Source of the DNA: Micromonosporaceae bacterium
Lineage (GTDB): Bacteria; Actinomycetota; Actinomycetes; Mycobacteriales; Micromonosporaceae
NCBI GenBank assembly: GCA_050701795.1
Contig: JBOGDK010000001.1
Coordinates: 1 to 60,932, forward strand
Length of the DNA: 60,932 bases
Direction of reading: 5' to 3'
Positions 1 to 8,089 of this stretch are shown here, in pieces. Below the pieces are notes generated by a model. It was not told the origin of the DNA, ran no database searches, and worked only from the letters and a program-made list of their open reading frames with translations. Positions within the stretch are counted from its first letter, which is position 1; every line of letters starts with the position of its first letter. A program made the translations under genes and the position numbers.

Positions 1-601
1 CACGGGCCATCGACAGCGCCGCCGACAGCGTGGCGTCCGCCAGCACCGACAGCGCCGCCATCACGTCTTCCACATCGCGTTGCCCGGTGAGGTCAGCGGC
101 GGCGAGACCCAGCAACACCCGGCGGTACGCCGTTCGCAACGCTATCACCGCGTCCGCGCCGAAGGTGCCGACTCCCTCGATGCCTGACGCCCCGGACTTG
201 GCACCTTCGCCGGTACTGCCCGCCACCGCCGCGTCGAGCACAGCCGCCGAGGGTTCCGGTACCGCCACGGACAGGGTGCGCCACTCATCGGGATGGGCCA
301 CCAGATGGTCGCCGAGTGCGGTGGACGCACCGAGCACCGCGACGAGTTTCGTCCGCAGATCGGGGTCGTCACGTACCGCGTCGATGACGTCCGGGGCCAC
401 CTCCACCAGACGTTGCAGTTGGCGTACCGCGAGGTCCGGGTCGGCCGCGGCGCCGAGCGCGGTGAGCACCTCACGGGCCGGCTCGTCCGCCGGCTTCTGG
501 GTCTCCTCCCGCCACAGTGCCAGGCCGGCGTCCCCCAGGATGGCGGCCGCTCGGGCCCCGTCTCTGAAGCCGTACCGGGCGAGCCTGGCGGTGGTACCCA
601 T
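1..601 (-). CDS. glnE: Glutamine synthetase adenylyltransferase/adenylyl-removing enzyme GlnE, N-terminal part (gene runs off the left edge)
   Basis: Manual minus-strand translation from ATG at 601-599 gives MGTTARLARYGFRDGARAAAILGD...LGASTALGDHLVAHPDEW...LLGLAAADL. This matches the GlnE N-terminus as I recall it (LGDHLVAHP motif). It lies near glnA2, as in other actinobacteria. It is absent from the ORF track because it is edge-truncated. Confidence 0.8.
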   Translation of the reverse strand, partial: MGTTARLARYGFRDGARAAAILGDAGLALWREETQKPADEPAREVLTALGAAADPDLAVRQLQRLVEVAPDVIDAVRDDPDLRTKLVAVLGASTALGDHLVAHPDEWRTLSVAVPEPSAAVLDAAVAGSTGEGAKSGASGIEGVGTFGADAVIALRTAYRRVLLGLAAADLTGQRDVEDVMAALSVLADATLSAALSMAR

Positions 602-607
602 GTTCGG

Positions 608-1399
608 CTACTCGCCCAGCATCTGCAGCCGCCGCAGCGGATCCTGTGCCGCGTCGATGTCGAGATCACCGCGGGCCAGGGCGGCGAACCTGGCGGCGAA
701 CGGTTGCCACACCTCGGCGACGTCGTCCAACCCCGCGACGGTGGTCCGCACCATCGTGTCCGGGTCGTGGCCGAGTTCGATCAGTTTCGCGGCGTCCTTC
801 GCCGCCCAGTTCCGGATCATGTCGGCGTCGGGCTCGATGTGGAACTGGGTCGCCCAGGCCCGGGGACCGATCCGGAACGCCTGGTGTGCGTACCGGGGTG
901 AGCTGGCGAGCAGGGTCGCGCCGGCCGGTAGCTCGACGACCTCGTCGAAGTGCCACTGGATCACGTCCGGTGTGAACGGGACACCCGCGAACAACGGGTC
1001 GGAGTCGGCGACATCCCGGCGGGCGACCAGTCCTCGCCCGATCTCGGGTCCGGCCGCGGCCACGTCAACCCGCCCCCCGTACGCGTGGGCCAACATCTGC
1101 GCGCCGAGGCAGATCGCGAGGGTGGGCAGCCGTTCGGAGACCGCCCGCCGCAGCAGCGCCTGCTCGGCGGGGAACCAGTCGGTACGGTCCCCGGTCGGGT
1201 CGTTGACGCTCTGCCCGCCGCCCAGCACCACCAGCGCGGCGTACCCGTCCAGGGATTCCGGGAGCGGGTCTCCTGCGTACGGGCGTACCGGGGCGAGGCC
1301 CAGGCCCTCGCCGGTCAACCAGTCGCCGAGCCGGCCCACGGGGTCGCTCGCGGAGTTCTCGATCACCAGGGCACGCGGTTCGGCACGCGGTTCTGTCAC
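608..1399 (-). CDS. Class I glutamine amidotransferase (GATase1) family protein
   Basis: 263 aa. Nucleophile elbow LAICLGAQML, and a C-terminal QFHIE motif (His/Glu of the triad). GTG start. Confidence 0.75.
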   Translation of the reverse strand: MTEPRAEPRALVIENSASDPVGRLGDWLTGEGLGLAPVRPYAGDPLPESLDGYAALVVLGGGQSVNDPTGDRTDWFPAEQALLRRAVSERLPTLAICLGAQMLAHAYGGRVDVAAAGPEIGRGLVARRDVADSDPLFAGVPFTPDVIQWHFDEVVELPAGATLLASSPRYAHQAFRIGPRAWATQFHIEPDADMIRNWAAKDAAKLIELGHDPDTMVRTTVAGLDDVAEVWQPFAARFAALARGDLDIDAAQDPLRRLQMLGE

Positions 1400-1466
1400 G
1401 TCACCGAGGCTAGTCCCCGCCAGGTCCGGCCGGTGAGGTGTGTCGGCACCCCACCGGCCGTACCGG

Positions 1467-1994
1467 TCACCACCAGTGGTTGTTTTTCCAGAAGTTCCAG
1501 GCCCGGATCGGGCCGTTGTACCGCTGGTTGGCGTATCGCAGTGCCGCCAGGGACTGGACGTACCGGCGGTTGTGGGCGCAGTCGTTGTTGACGTACCAGT
1601 AGCAGGCGAACCGCACCCGGGCGTCGCTGATTGCGGGGCGGCCCATCTGCCCCAGGCCGTAATAACCGGCCGGGTTGTGCGCGCTGGTGTTGAAGCTGCT
1701 CTCGTTACAGATGATCTTCATCATCGCCCGGCGCTGGTCGAGGTTGGTACCCCATCCGCTGGGTACGCCGTCGCCCTGCTGCGCCGCCGCCCGGCGCAGT
1801 ACCGGGTAGAACCAGTCCGGCACCCCTGGATGGTTGTCGCAGCCCGCCGTGATCGTGACGTCGTCATTGGCGGTGGCCGCAGCCTCTGCCTGCCCCTGGC
1901 CGGTTCCGAGCCACATCAGCCCGGCGGTCAGCGCCAGCGCCAGCATCGCGGCCCAGTGCCGCCACCGGCGGACCGTTGTTTCCTGGTTGCTCAT
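1467..1994 (-). CDS. Secreted lytic transglycosylase (SLT-like) domain protein
   Basis: 175 aa. N-terminal signal/TM segment (WAAMLALALTAGLMWLG). SLT-type motifs: NESSFNTSAHNPAGYYGLGQM. Confidence 0.7.
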   Translation of the reverse strand: MSNQETTVRRWRHWAAMLALALTAGLMWLGTGQGQAEAAATANDDVTITAGCDNHPGVPDWFYPVLRRAAAQQGDGVPSGWGTNLDQRRAMMKIICNESSFNTSAHNPAGYYGLGQMGRPAISDARVRFACYWYVNNDCAHNRRYVQSLAALRYANQRYNGPIRAWNFWKNNHWW

Positions 1995-2229
1995 GTCGCC
2001 TCCCTCACAGTGCCCCGGACGGGCCGCCCCGACGACGACACAGACCCCGGAGACTTGAGCGTTCGGCAGGACCCGTGCTCCCGGTCACTGCCGGCTCACA
2101 TGGTGCAAGGGAGCGCTGACCGATCGCTGACCGCACACGCGACCGCCCCGCACCGGGCTACCGGTACGGGGCGGTTCGCGGCTGACGTCAGCGTCAGCCG
2201 TACTCAAACGGGCCTCTGGCCCCTAAATG

Positions 2230-2520
2230 TCAGATTTGCTGCTCGGCGAGCTGGAACGAGACTTTGCCCTGGTCGTCGACGTCGGCATCGAGCGCCTTGT
2301 CGTCGAGCACGTTGGCGGCGGTCTCCTCAAGGAACAGCCGTGCGCCACCATTGTCGACCACCTTGTCGCCCGTCTCGGGCTCGGTGGCCAGCGACAGGGT
2401 GAGCCCGCCGCTGTTGTCGGTGGCGTCCGCCGCGATCCGCAGCCCGGAACCATCCGGAACCTCAGGTTGTGAGGTGAGCGTACGAATCACGGAAACCGCG
2501 TTGTCGGTCAAGGTGAGCAC
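2230..2520 (-). CDS. HesB/IscA-like Fe-S cluster assembly accessory family protein (lacks the C-terminal Cys motif)
   Basis: 96 aa. MLTLTDNAVSVIRTL...GLRIAA...GGLTLSLA...D.VV...GARLFL pattern is typical of the HesB/IscA fold. GTG start. Confidence 0.65.
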   Translation of the reverse strand: MLTLTDNAVSVIRTLTSQPEVPDGSGLRIAADATDNSGGLTLSLATEPETGDKVVDNGGARLFLEETAANVLDDKALDADVDDQGKVSFQLAEQQI

Positions 2521-2891
2521 GATGGGATCCCTCGCTAGTCGACTACTTGGTCCGCCTACCCACGTTTCCTCGGATCGGTGGATCCGTCAAATCGGGCACA
2601 ACCGTCCAGCCACGTGACCCGGACACTGCCCGCGCGGGGAGAACGGCACGCGTGCCCCAGCCGGAAACCAGGTACGCATGCTCATCTGCGTACCCGAACG
2701 ACGTCGCGGTAACCGTCGGTGACAGCAGGAATTGGCGCCTGCGCGGGGCAGTGACCAGCGCCACACCTCAGGGGGTCGGACGGGTGTCGCCCGGGCCGGT
2801 GTCTGAGGATCCACAGTGGACAGTTAGATTGCCCACCAGCCGGAGAGATCTGAGCGACCCCCGTAGAACCGGGGCCGACCGCTGTGACGTC

Positions 2892-3821
2892 TCAGCCGCT
2901 GCCGGCCGCGCGTACGTACTGGAGCACCTCGTCCGCACACCCCCAGGAGACGGTGACGCCGGCACCGCCGTGCCCATAGCAGTGCACGGTGAGCAAGCCG
3001 TCAGCCCGTACCGCCTCGCACCGGATCGACGGACGTGCCGGCCGCAACCCCACCCGGTGCCCGAGCAGCTCCGCACCCCGCAACGCCGGCACCAGCTCCA
3101 CGGCACGCCCGAGGATCACGTCCGAGGTTTCCGCAGTGGGATGTACGTCCCACTCCCCCGGCTCGCTCGTGCCGCCCACCACCACGTCGTGCTTGCGCGG
3201 CACCACGTACGTCAGGCCCCTGGCACCCTGGTCGGCGATCAGCCATTCAGTGAGGCCAGGCTGCCTGAGATACACCACCTGACCGCGTACCGGTGTCACG
3301 GCGGGATCCCCCGCCAGGTGGCGCGCACCCAGGCCGGTGCAGTTGACCACCACGTCGGCCTGGTTGGGCAGCTCGTCCAGCGTCACCCGGGTCAGCGTGC
3401 CGCCGGCCGCCTCCAACCGTCCCACCAGGTACGGCAGGTACCCGGACATCTCCACCACCGGAGAGGTGAACGACCAGCCGTCCGCGAAGCCAACGGGCGG
3501 GGTGATCCTTCGCAGCCGCGGTACGGCGTCCGCCCACCACGGCTCGGCCGCCGGCTCGACGAGGTACTCGCTGCCGGTACGCATCCGTACCGTGTCGGTC
3601 TCGCGGGCCAGCCGCGCGAACTCGGAGTACGTGGCGGCCGACCACGCCGCGACCCGCTCCGGTGGCGAGACCAGGTACGGATACCACACCGCCGCCGCCA
3701 CCGAGGAGGTCGTCTCGGCGGGCAGATCCCGCGCCAGCACCCCGACGTCGTACCCGGCCTCGGCCAGGCGTACCGCGCAGGACAGGCCGGTCACGCCGGC
3801 CCCGATCACCACGACACGCAC
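2892..3821 (-). CDS. FAD-dependent oxidoreductase, D-amino-acid oxidase family
   Basis: 309 aa. N-terminal dinucleotide fold MRVVVIGAGVTGLSCA. DAO-like HCYGHGGAGVT near the C-terminus. Starts 4 nt after the glnA2 stop. Confidence 0.75.
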   Translation of the reverse strand: MRVVVIGAGVTGLSCAVRLAEAGYDVGVLARDLPAETTSSVAAAVWYPYLVSPPERVAAWSAATYSEFARLARETDTVRMRTGSEYLVEPAAEPWWADAVPRLRRITPPVGFADGWSFTSPVVEMSGYLPYLVGRLEAAGGTLTRVTLDELPNQADVVVNCTGLGARHLAGDPAVTPVRGQVVYLRQPGLTEWLIADQGARGLTYVVPRKHDVVVGGTSEPGEWDVHPTAETSDVILGRAVELVPALRGAELLGHRVGLRPARPSIRCEAVRADGLLTVHCYGHGGAGVTVSWGCADEVLQYVRAAGSG

Positions 3822-3825
3822 CGGT

Positions 3826-5199
3826 TCACAACTTCAGGTAGCGGGACCGCTCGTACGGGGTGACCTCTCGGCGGAACGCTTCCCACTCGGCGCGCTTGTT
3901 CTTGCAGAAGAAGTCGAACACGCCCTCACCGAGGGTCTCGGCGACGAACTCGCTGCTGGCCATGATGTCCAGCGCCTCGGAGAGGTTCTGCGGCAGCGCC
4001 TGGTAGCCCATCGCCTTGCGCTCGGTGTCGGTGAGCGACCAGACGTCGTCCTCGGCGCCGGGGGGCAGCTCGTACCCCTCCTCGATGCCTTTCAGACCCG
4101 CCGAGAGCAGCACCGCGAAGGCCAGGTACGGGTTGCACGCCGAGTCCAGGGAACGCACCTCGACCCGGGCCGAGTTGGGTTTCCCGTACGCGGGCACCCG
4201 GATCAGCGCGGAGCGGTTCAGGTGGCCCCAGCACACGTACGCGGGAGCCTCGGTGATCCAGTCCGCCAGTGGCTGCGGGAACAGCCGCTTGTACGAGTTC
4301 ACCCACTGGTTGGTGATCGCGGTGAACTCCCGGGCGTGGGTGAGCAGACCGGCGATGAACGCCCTGCCCACCTTGGACAACTTCATCTCGTCGCCCGGGT
4401 CGTGGAACGCGTTGCGCTCCCCTTCGAACAGCGACAGGTGGGTGTGCATCCCGTTGCCGGGCTGGTTGGTGAACGGCTTGGGCATGAAGGTCGCGTACAC
4501 CCCGGCGGAGATCGCGACCTCTTTCACCACGTGCCGGAAGGTCATGATGTTGTCCGCGGTGGCGAGCGCGTCGGCGTACCGCAGGTCGATCTCCTGCTGT
4601 CCGGGCGCCACCTCGTGGTGACTGAACTCCACGGAGATCCCGATCCGCTCCAGCGCGAGTACGGCCTGGCGCCGGAAGTCGCGGGCCACCGCGTGCGTGG
4701 TGTGGTCGAAGTAGCCGCCGTGGTCGATCGGGGTCGGCTCGGTGCCGTCCATCGGGTGATCGTTGAGCAGGAAGAACTCGATCTCGGGGTGGGTGTAGAA
4801 GGTGAAGCCCTTCTCCGCCGCCCGGCTCATGGTGCGGCGCAGTACGTGCCGCGGATCAGCCCACGAGGGGGAGCCGTCCGGGGTCAGGATGTCGCAGAAC
4901 ATCCGGACGCTCTCACCGTCCCCGCCCTCGAACGGGAACACCTGGAACGTGGTCGGATCCGGCATCGCCACCATGTCCGACTCGTAGACCCGGGCGAAGC
5001 CCTCGATCGCGGAGCCGTCGAACCCGAGCCCTTCGTCGAAGGCGGACTCCAGCTCGGCCGGCGCCACCGACACGCTCTTCAAGGTGCCGAGCACATCGGT
5101 GAACCACAACCGTACGAACCGGATGTCCCGCTCTTCGAGTGTGCGCAGCACGAACTCCTGCTGACGGTCCACAGCATCCTCCGGCGGCAGCTCAGTCAT
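3826..5199 (-). CDS. glnA2: Type I glutamine synthetase paralogue GlnA2
   Basis: 457 aa. The N-terminus QQEFVLRTLEERDIRFVRLWFTDVLGTLKSV...FDGSAIEGFARV is nearly identical to the mycobacterial GlnA2 N-terminus as I recall it. Lies near glnE. Confidence 0.9.
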   Translation of the reverse strand: MTELPPEDAVDRQQEFVLRTLEERDIRFVRLWFTDVLGTLKSVSVAPAELESAFDEGLGFDGSAIEGFARVYESDMVAMPDPTTFQVFPFEGGDGESVRMFCDILTPDGSPSWADPRHVLRRTMSRAAEKGFTFYTHPEIEFFLLNDHPMDGTEPTPIDHGGYFDHTTHAVARDFRRQAVLALERIGISVEFSHHEVAPGQQEIDLRYADALATADNIMTFRHVVKEVAISAGVYATFMPKPFTNQPGNGMHTHLSLFEGERNAFHDPGDEMKLSKVGRAFIAGLLTHAREFTAITNQWVNSYKRLFPQPLADWITEAPAYVCWGHLNRSALIRVPAYGKPNSARVEVRSLDSACNPYLAFAVLLSAGLKGIEEGYELPPGAEDDVWSLTDTERKAMGYQALPQNLSEALDIMASSEFVAETLGEGVFDFFCKNKRAEWEAFRREVTPYERSRYLKL

Positions 5200-5221
5200 G
5201 ACGGCAGTGTTCTCCGGTCCT

Positions 5222-5237
5222 GTTACGCCTACGTTAC
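5222..5237. promoter_or_regulatory. Candidate GlnR-type box (GTTAC-n6-GTTAC; GTAAC-n6-GTAAC on the gene strand) upstream of glnA2
   Basis: Two identical pentamers spaced by 6 nt, 23-38 nt upstream of the glnA2 start. Resembles the actinobacterial GlnR half-site pattern gTnAc-n6-GaAAc. Pattern match only. Confidence 0.3.
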
Positions 5238-5331
5238 GACGCGGCGGGCGGTGACCGTGCGCCGACGCGGCCAGCGGGCGCTGCGGGGCGGTACCTCGCA
5301 GGCCGCACCCGGAAGGGGCCGCACCCCGAAG

Positions 5332-5364
5332 CCGGCCGGATCCGCATGATGCGGACCCGGCCGG
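5332..5364. terminator. GC-rich hairpin downstream of the S8 protease gene
   Basis: CCGGCCGGATCCGCA / TGCGGACCCGGCCGG, 15-nt arms with one mismatch and a 3-nt loop. Confidence 0.5.
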
Positions 5365-5385
5365 CGGGGGGACCCAAGGGGGTGG

Positions 5386-6516
5386 CTAAAGGTCCGGCGC
5401 CTTGTAGAGCAGCCGGTTCGGGGTGTTCGCCGGATTGTTCTTGATCACGTTCCTGGTCGACACCGAGATCACCCAGGCGTTGACCTCCGCGCTGGAGGAG
5501 GTGGGGTCCACTTCCCGGTAGATCGCGCCGGCTCCGGTGACGTGAGCCGCCGCCATCGAGGTGCCGCTCAGGGTGGCGGTGCCGGACCCGGGCCAGGCAC
5601 CGGTGACGCTCACCCCCGGTGCGTACAGGTCAACGCAGGGGCCGTAGTTGGTGAACGAGGCCCGGCTGTCCGACCCGTCACTTGCCGCGGTGGTGATCAC
5701 GTTCTCCGCACTGGCCGGGGAGAAAGCGCAGGCGTCGGTGTTGCTGGCGCCCGAGGCGACGGCGGTGAACACCCCGGCGTCGGCCATCCCGGTGGTCGCG
5801 TTGTTGATCGCTTCGTTGTAGCTGCCTCCGAGCGCCAGCAACGCGACAGCCGGACCGGTGTGATGCCCCGCGACCCAGTCGATGCCCTCGATCACCCCGG
5901 AGAAAGTGCCGCTGCCGTTGCAGTTGAGCACCCGTACGCTGCGCAGCGCCACGTCCTTGGCGACGCCGTACCGCTGCCCTCCGACGATGGAGCCGAGGTG
6001 CGTACCGTGGCCGTTGCAGTCCTGCCCGTCGCCTCCGAACACGTCGTAGGCCACCGCGGCGCGACCGGTGAACTCGGGGTGGCTGGTCTGCAGCCCGGTG
6101 TCGATGATGTACGCGGTGACGCCCTGCCCGCTGTGCTGCCAGGAGTACGACGAGTCGAGATCCGGTTGCCGTTCGTCGATCCGGTCCAGATTCCAGGTCG
6201 GGTCCAGCTGGGTGGCCTGGGCGTGGACCTGCCCGTCCGGCTCAATCCGGTCGACGTGTGGGTTGCGCCGTAGGGCAAGTACCTGGGCGTCGGTGAGCGT
6301 CGCGGCAAAGCCGGACAACGCGGTGGTGTAGACGTGACGCGGCCGGACCCCGAGCGACTGTGCCAGCGACGTGGCCTTCACGCCGTCGGTGAGCGTGACG
6401 ATGTACGGGTTGCCCCGGTCCGGGGCGGCAACCGCGCCGGGCGCCAACGAAGGGGCCAGGACCAGTGGCAATACCGCGGCGAGGACGATCAGGGAGCGTC
6501 GCATCGTCAGCCACAC
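5386..6516 (-). CDS. Secreted S8 (proteinase K/subtilisin-like) serine peptidase with I9 propeptide, copy A
   Basis: 376 aa. Signal peptide, then an inhibitor_I9-like propeptide. Catalytic motifs YIIDTG (Asp), NGHGTH (His), SGTSMAAAH (Ser). Confidence 0.9.
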   Translation of the reverse strand: MWLTMRRSLIVLAAVLPLVLAPSLAPGAVAAPDRGNPYIVTLTDGVKATSLAQSLGVRPRHVYTTALSGFAATLTDAQVLALRRNPHVDRIEPDGQVHAQATQLDPTWNLDRIDERQPDLDSSYSWQHSGQGVTAYIIDTGLQTSHPEFTGRAAVAYDVFGGDGQDCNGHGTHLGSIVGGQRYGVAKDVALRSVRVLNCNGSGTFSGVIEGIDWVAGHHTGPAVALLALGGSYNEAINNATTGMADAGVFTAVASGASNTDACAFSPASAENVITTAASDGSDSRASFTNYGPCVDLYAPGVSVTGAWPGSGTATLSGTSMAAAHVTGAGAIYREVDPTSSSAEVNAWVISVSTRNVIKNNPANTPNRLLYKAPDL

Positions 6517-6644
6517 CTTTCCGGAAGGCGACTTTCTGTACGGGTACGACTACCGGGTGCGCGCGACAGCTTATCAACATTTATCGATATCCCGGTACCC
6601 GCGACCCCATACCGGACCCCTGTCCCGGGCTGGGCATGAAACAG

Positions 6645-6672
6645 CGGGGCCAGGCGCTACCGCCCGGCCCCG
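6645..6672. terminator. Hairpin downstream of S8 protease copy B
   Basis: CGGGGCC ... GGCCCCG, 7-bp GC stem, about 35 nt after the stop at 6705. Confidence 0.4.
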
Positions 6673-6704
6673 CCGTCACGACCAGTTCTTTGAGGAAGCC
6701 CCCG

Positions 6705-7859
6705 CTACAGAGCCGGCCGCTTGTAGAGCAGCCGCTTCGGGGTACCGGTCGGGCTGCCCTTGATCACATTCTTGGTGGAGACGTCGATGATCCACCTGTT
6801 GACCGCGGCACTGGACGCCCCAGGGTGCAACTGCTTGTAGATCGCCGCGGCGCCGGCCACGTGCGGTGAGGCCATGGACGTTCCACTGATCGTGTTGGTC
6901 CCACCGTTCAACCAGGTCGAGGTGATGTTGACGCCGGGCGCGTACACCTCGACGCAGCTGCCGTGGTTGCTGAACGACGCCTTGGTGTCCGTACGGTCGC
7001 TGGCGGCCACCGTGGTGACGTTCGCGGCACTCGCGGGCGAGGCGTTGCAGGCGTTGGCGTTGCTGTTGCCGGCCGCCACCGCGGTGAACACCCCGGACCG
7101 GGTCATCGCGGTCACCGCGTCGTTGACCGAAGCGCTCCTGGACCCGCCCAGCGACATGTTCGCCACCGCCGGGTTGCCGTGGTTACGGGTCACCCAGTTG
7201 ACCCCCGCGATCACCCCGGAGAACGTCCCGCTGCCGTTGCAGTCGAGCACCTTCACACCACGCAGCTGGACCCGCTTCGCGACCCCGTAACGTGTCGCGC
7301 CGATGGTGCCGGCGACGTGCGTACCGTGCCCGTTGCAGTCCCGGCCGCTGCCACCGAACGCGTCGAAGACGTTCCGTGCCCGGCCGTCGAACTGCGGGTG
7401 TCCGGCCTGGATGCCGGTGTCGATGATGTACGCCTTGACCTGGTAGCCCCTGTGGTTGTAGCTGTACGTGTCCGACAGCGGGCGCTCCCGCTCGTCGATC
7501 CGGTCCAGCCCCCACGGCGGGTTGTTCTGGGTGGCGGTCGCCCGCACCACTCCGTCCTCCTCGATGCGCGCCACCCGCGGGTTGCGCTGCAGCGCGGAGA
7601 CCTGCCCGGAGGAGAGCTTCGCCGCGAACCCGTTCAATGCCGCGGTGTATGTGAACAGCGGTTTCGCCGCGACCCCGGCCGCCACGTCGGTGGCCCCGAT
7701 CCCGCTGTCCAGGGTCACGATGTACTGACCGGCGACCTTCTCGCCGCTGGCAGGTGTCACCTTCACGTGCTCGACGGTGGTCGCCGTGGCGGGCAGCATT
7801 CCCGCCACGGCCAACGGCACTGCCGCCGCGAGAACGAGCAGATGTCTGAGACCTCGCAT
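6705..7859 (-). CDS. Secreted S8 (proteinase K/subtilisin-like) serine peptidase with I9 propeptide, copy B
   Basis: 384 aa. A paralogue of copy A with colinear motifs YIIDTG, NGHGTH, AAGN and SGTSMASPH. Confidence 0.9.
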   Translation of the reverse strand: MRGLRHLLVLAAAVPLAVAGMLPATATTVEHVKVTPASGEKVAGQYIVTLDSGIGATDVAAGVAAKPLFTYTAALNGFAAKLSSGQVSALQRNPRVARIEEDGVVRATATQNNPPWGLDRIDERERPLSDTYSYNHRGYQVKAYIIDTGIQAGHPQFDGRARNVFDAFGGSGRDCNGHGTHVAGTIGATRYGVAKRVQLRGVKVLDCNGSGTFSGVIAGVNWVTRNHGNPAVANMSLGGSRSASVNDAVTAMTRSGVFTAVAAGNSNANACNASPASAANVTTVAASDRTDTKASFSNHGSCVEVYAPGVNITSTWLNGGTNTISGTSMASPHVAGAAAIYKQLHPGASSAAVNRWIIDVSTKNVIKGSPTGTPKRLLYKRPAL

Positions 7860-7904
7860 AGGTACGCCTTTCCGGAGCGGATCCGATGGAGATTGAAGAA
7901 AAAT

Positions 7905-7932
7905 CCTTCAGTTTTGGTGGATGAACTGAAGG
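7905..7932. promoter_or_regulatory. Perfect 9-bp inverted repeat in the AT-richer leader of S8 copy B
   Basis: CCTTCAGTT-n10-AACTGAAGG, 46-73 nt upstream of the start codon at 7859. The local GC content is clearly lower than the flanks. Confidence 0.3.
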
Positions 7933-8089
7933 AAACAGACATAACCCGCGGGACATCAAGAACCCGCATACAGATCGTCAGGCGTTTGTAAAACCTGTAC
8001 CGCTGGTCAGGTGGCACTTCTTGTGGTGCGACCCGGTCCCTCCGGGAACCGCGAGGCAGCCCGCTGTGTGGCGTTGCGATGATGGGTGC

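Noticed and set aside
30-1436. 468-aa + strand ORF spanning glnE and the GATase gene
   Set aside because: The composition is Ala/Ser/Arg/Pro-rich and low-complexity. It lies antisense to two ORFs with clear family motifs, so it is a typical high-GC shadow ORF.
1995-2229. Possible cyclic-di-AMP (ydaO-type) riboswitch in the 235-nt leader of the SLT-domain gene (such riboswitches precede cell-wall hydrolase genes in Actinobacteria)
   Set aside because: I found only weak, out-of-order resemblances (CGCUCAAGUC, CCGGCAGUGACC) to the conserved ydaO blocks, and no clear GGGGA.CCCA or GGGGUGAAUC elements. A cmsearch with RF00379 would settle it, but I cannot support the call.
3337-5349. 670-aa + strand ORF antisense to glnA2 and the DAO gene
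   Set aside because: The opposite strand encodes an unmistakable glutamine synthetase. This translation is Arg/Gly/Val/Pro-rich with no motifs.
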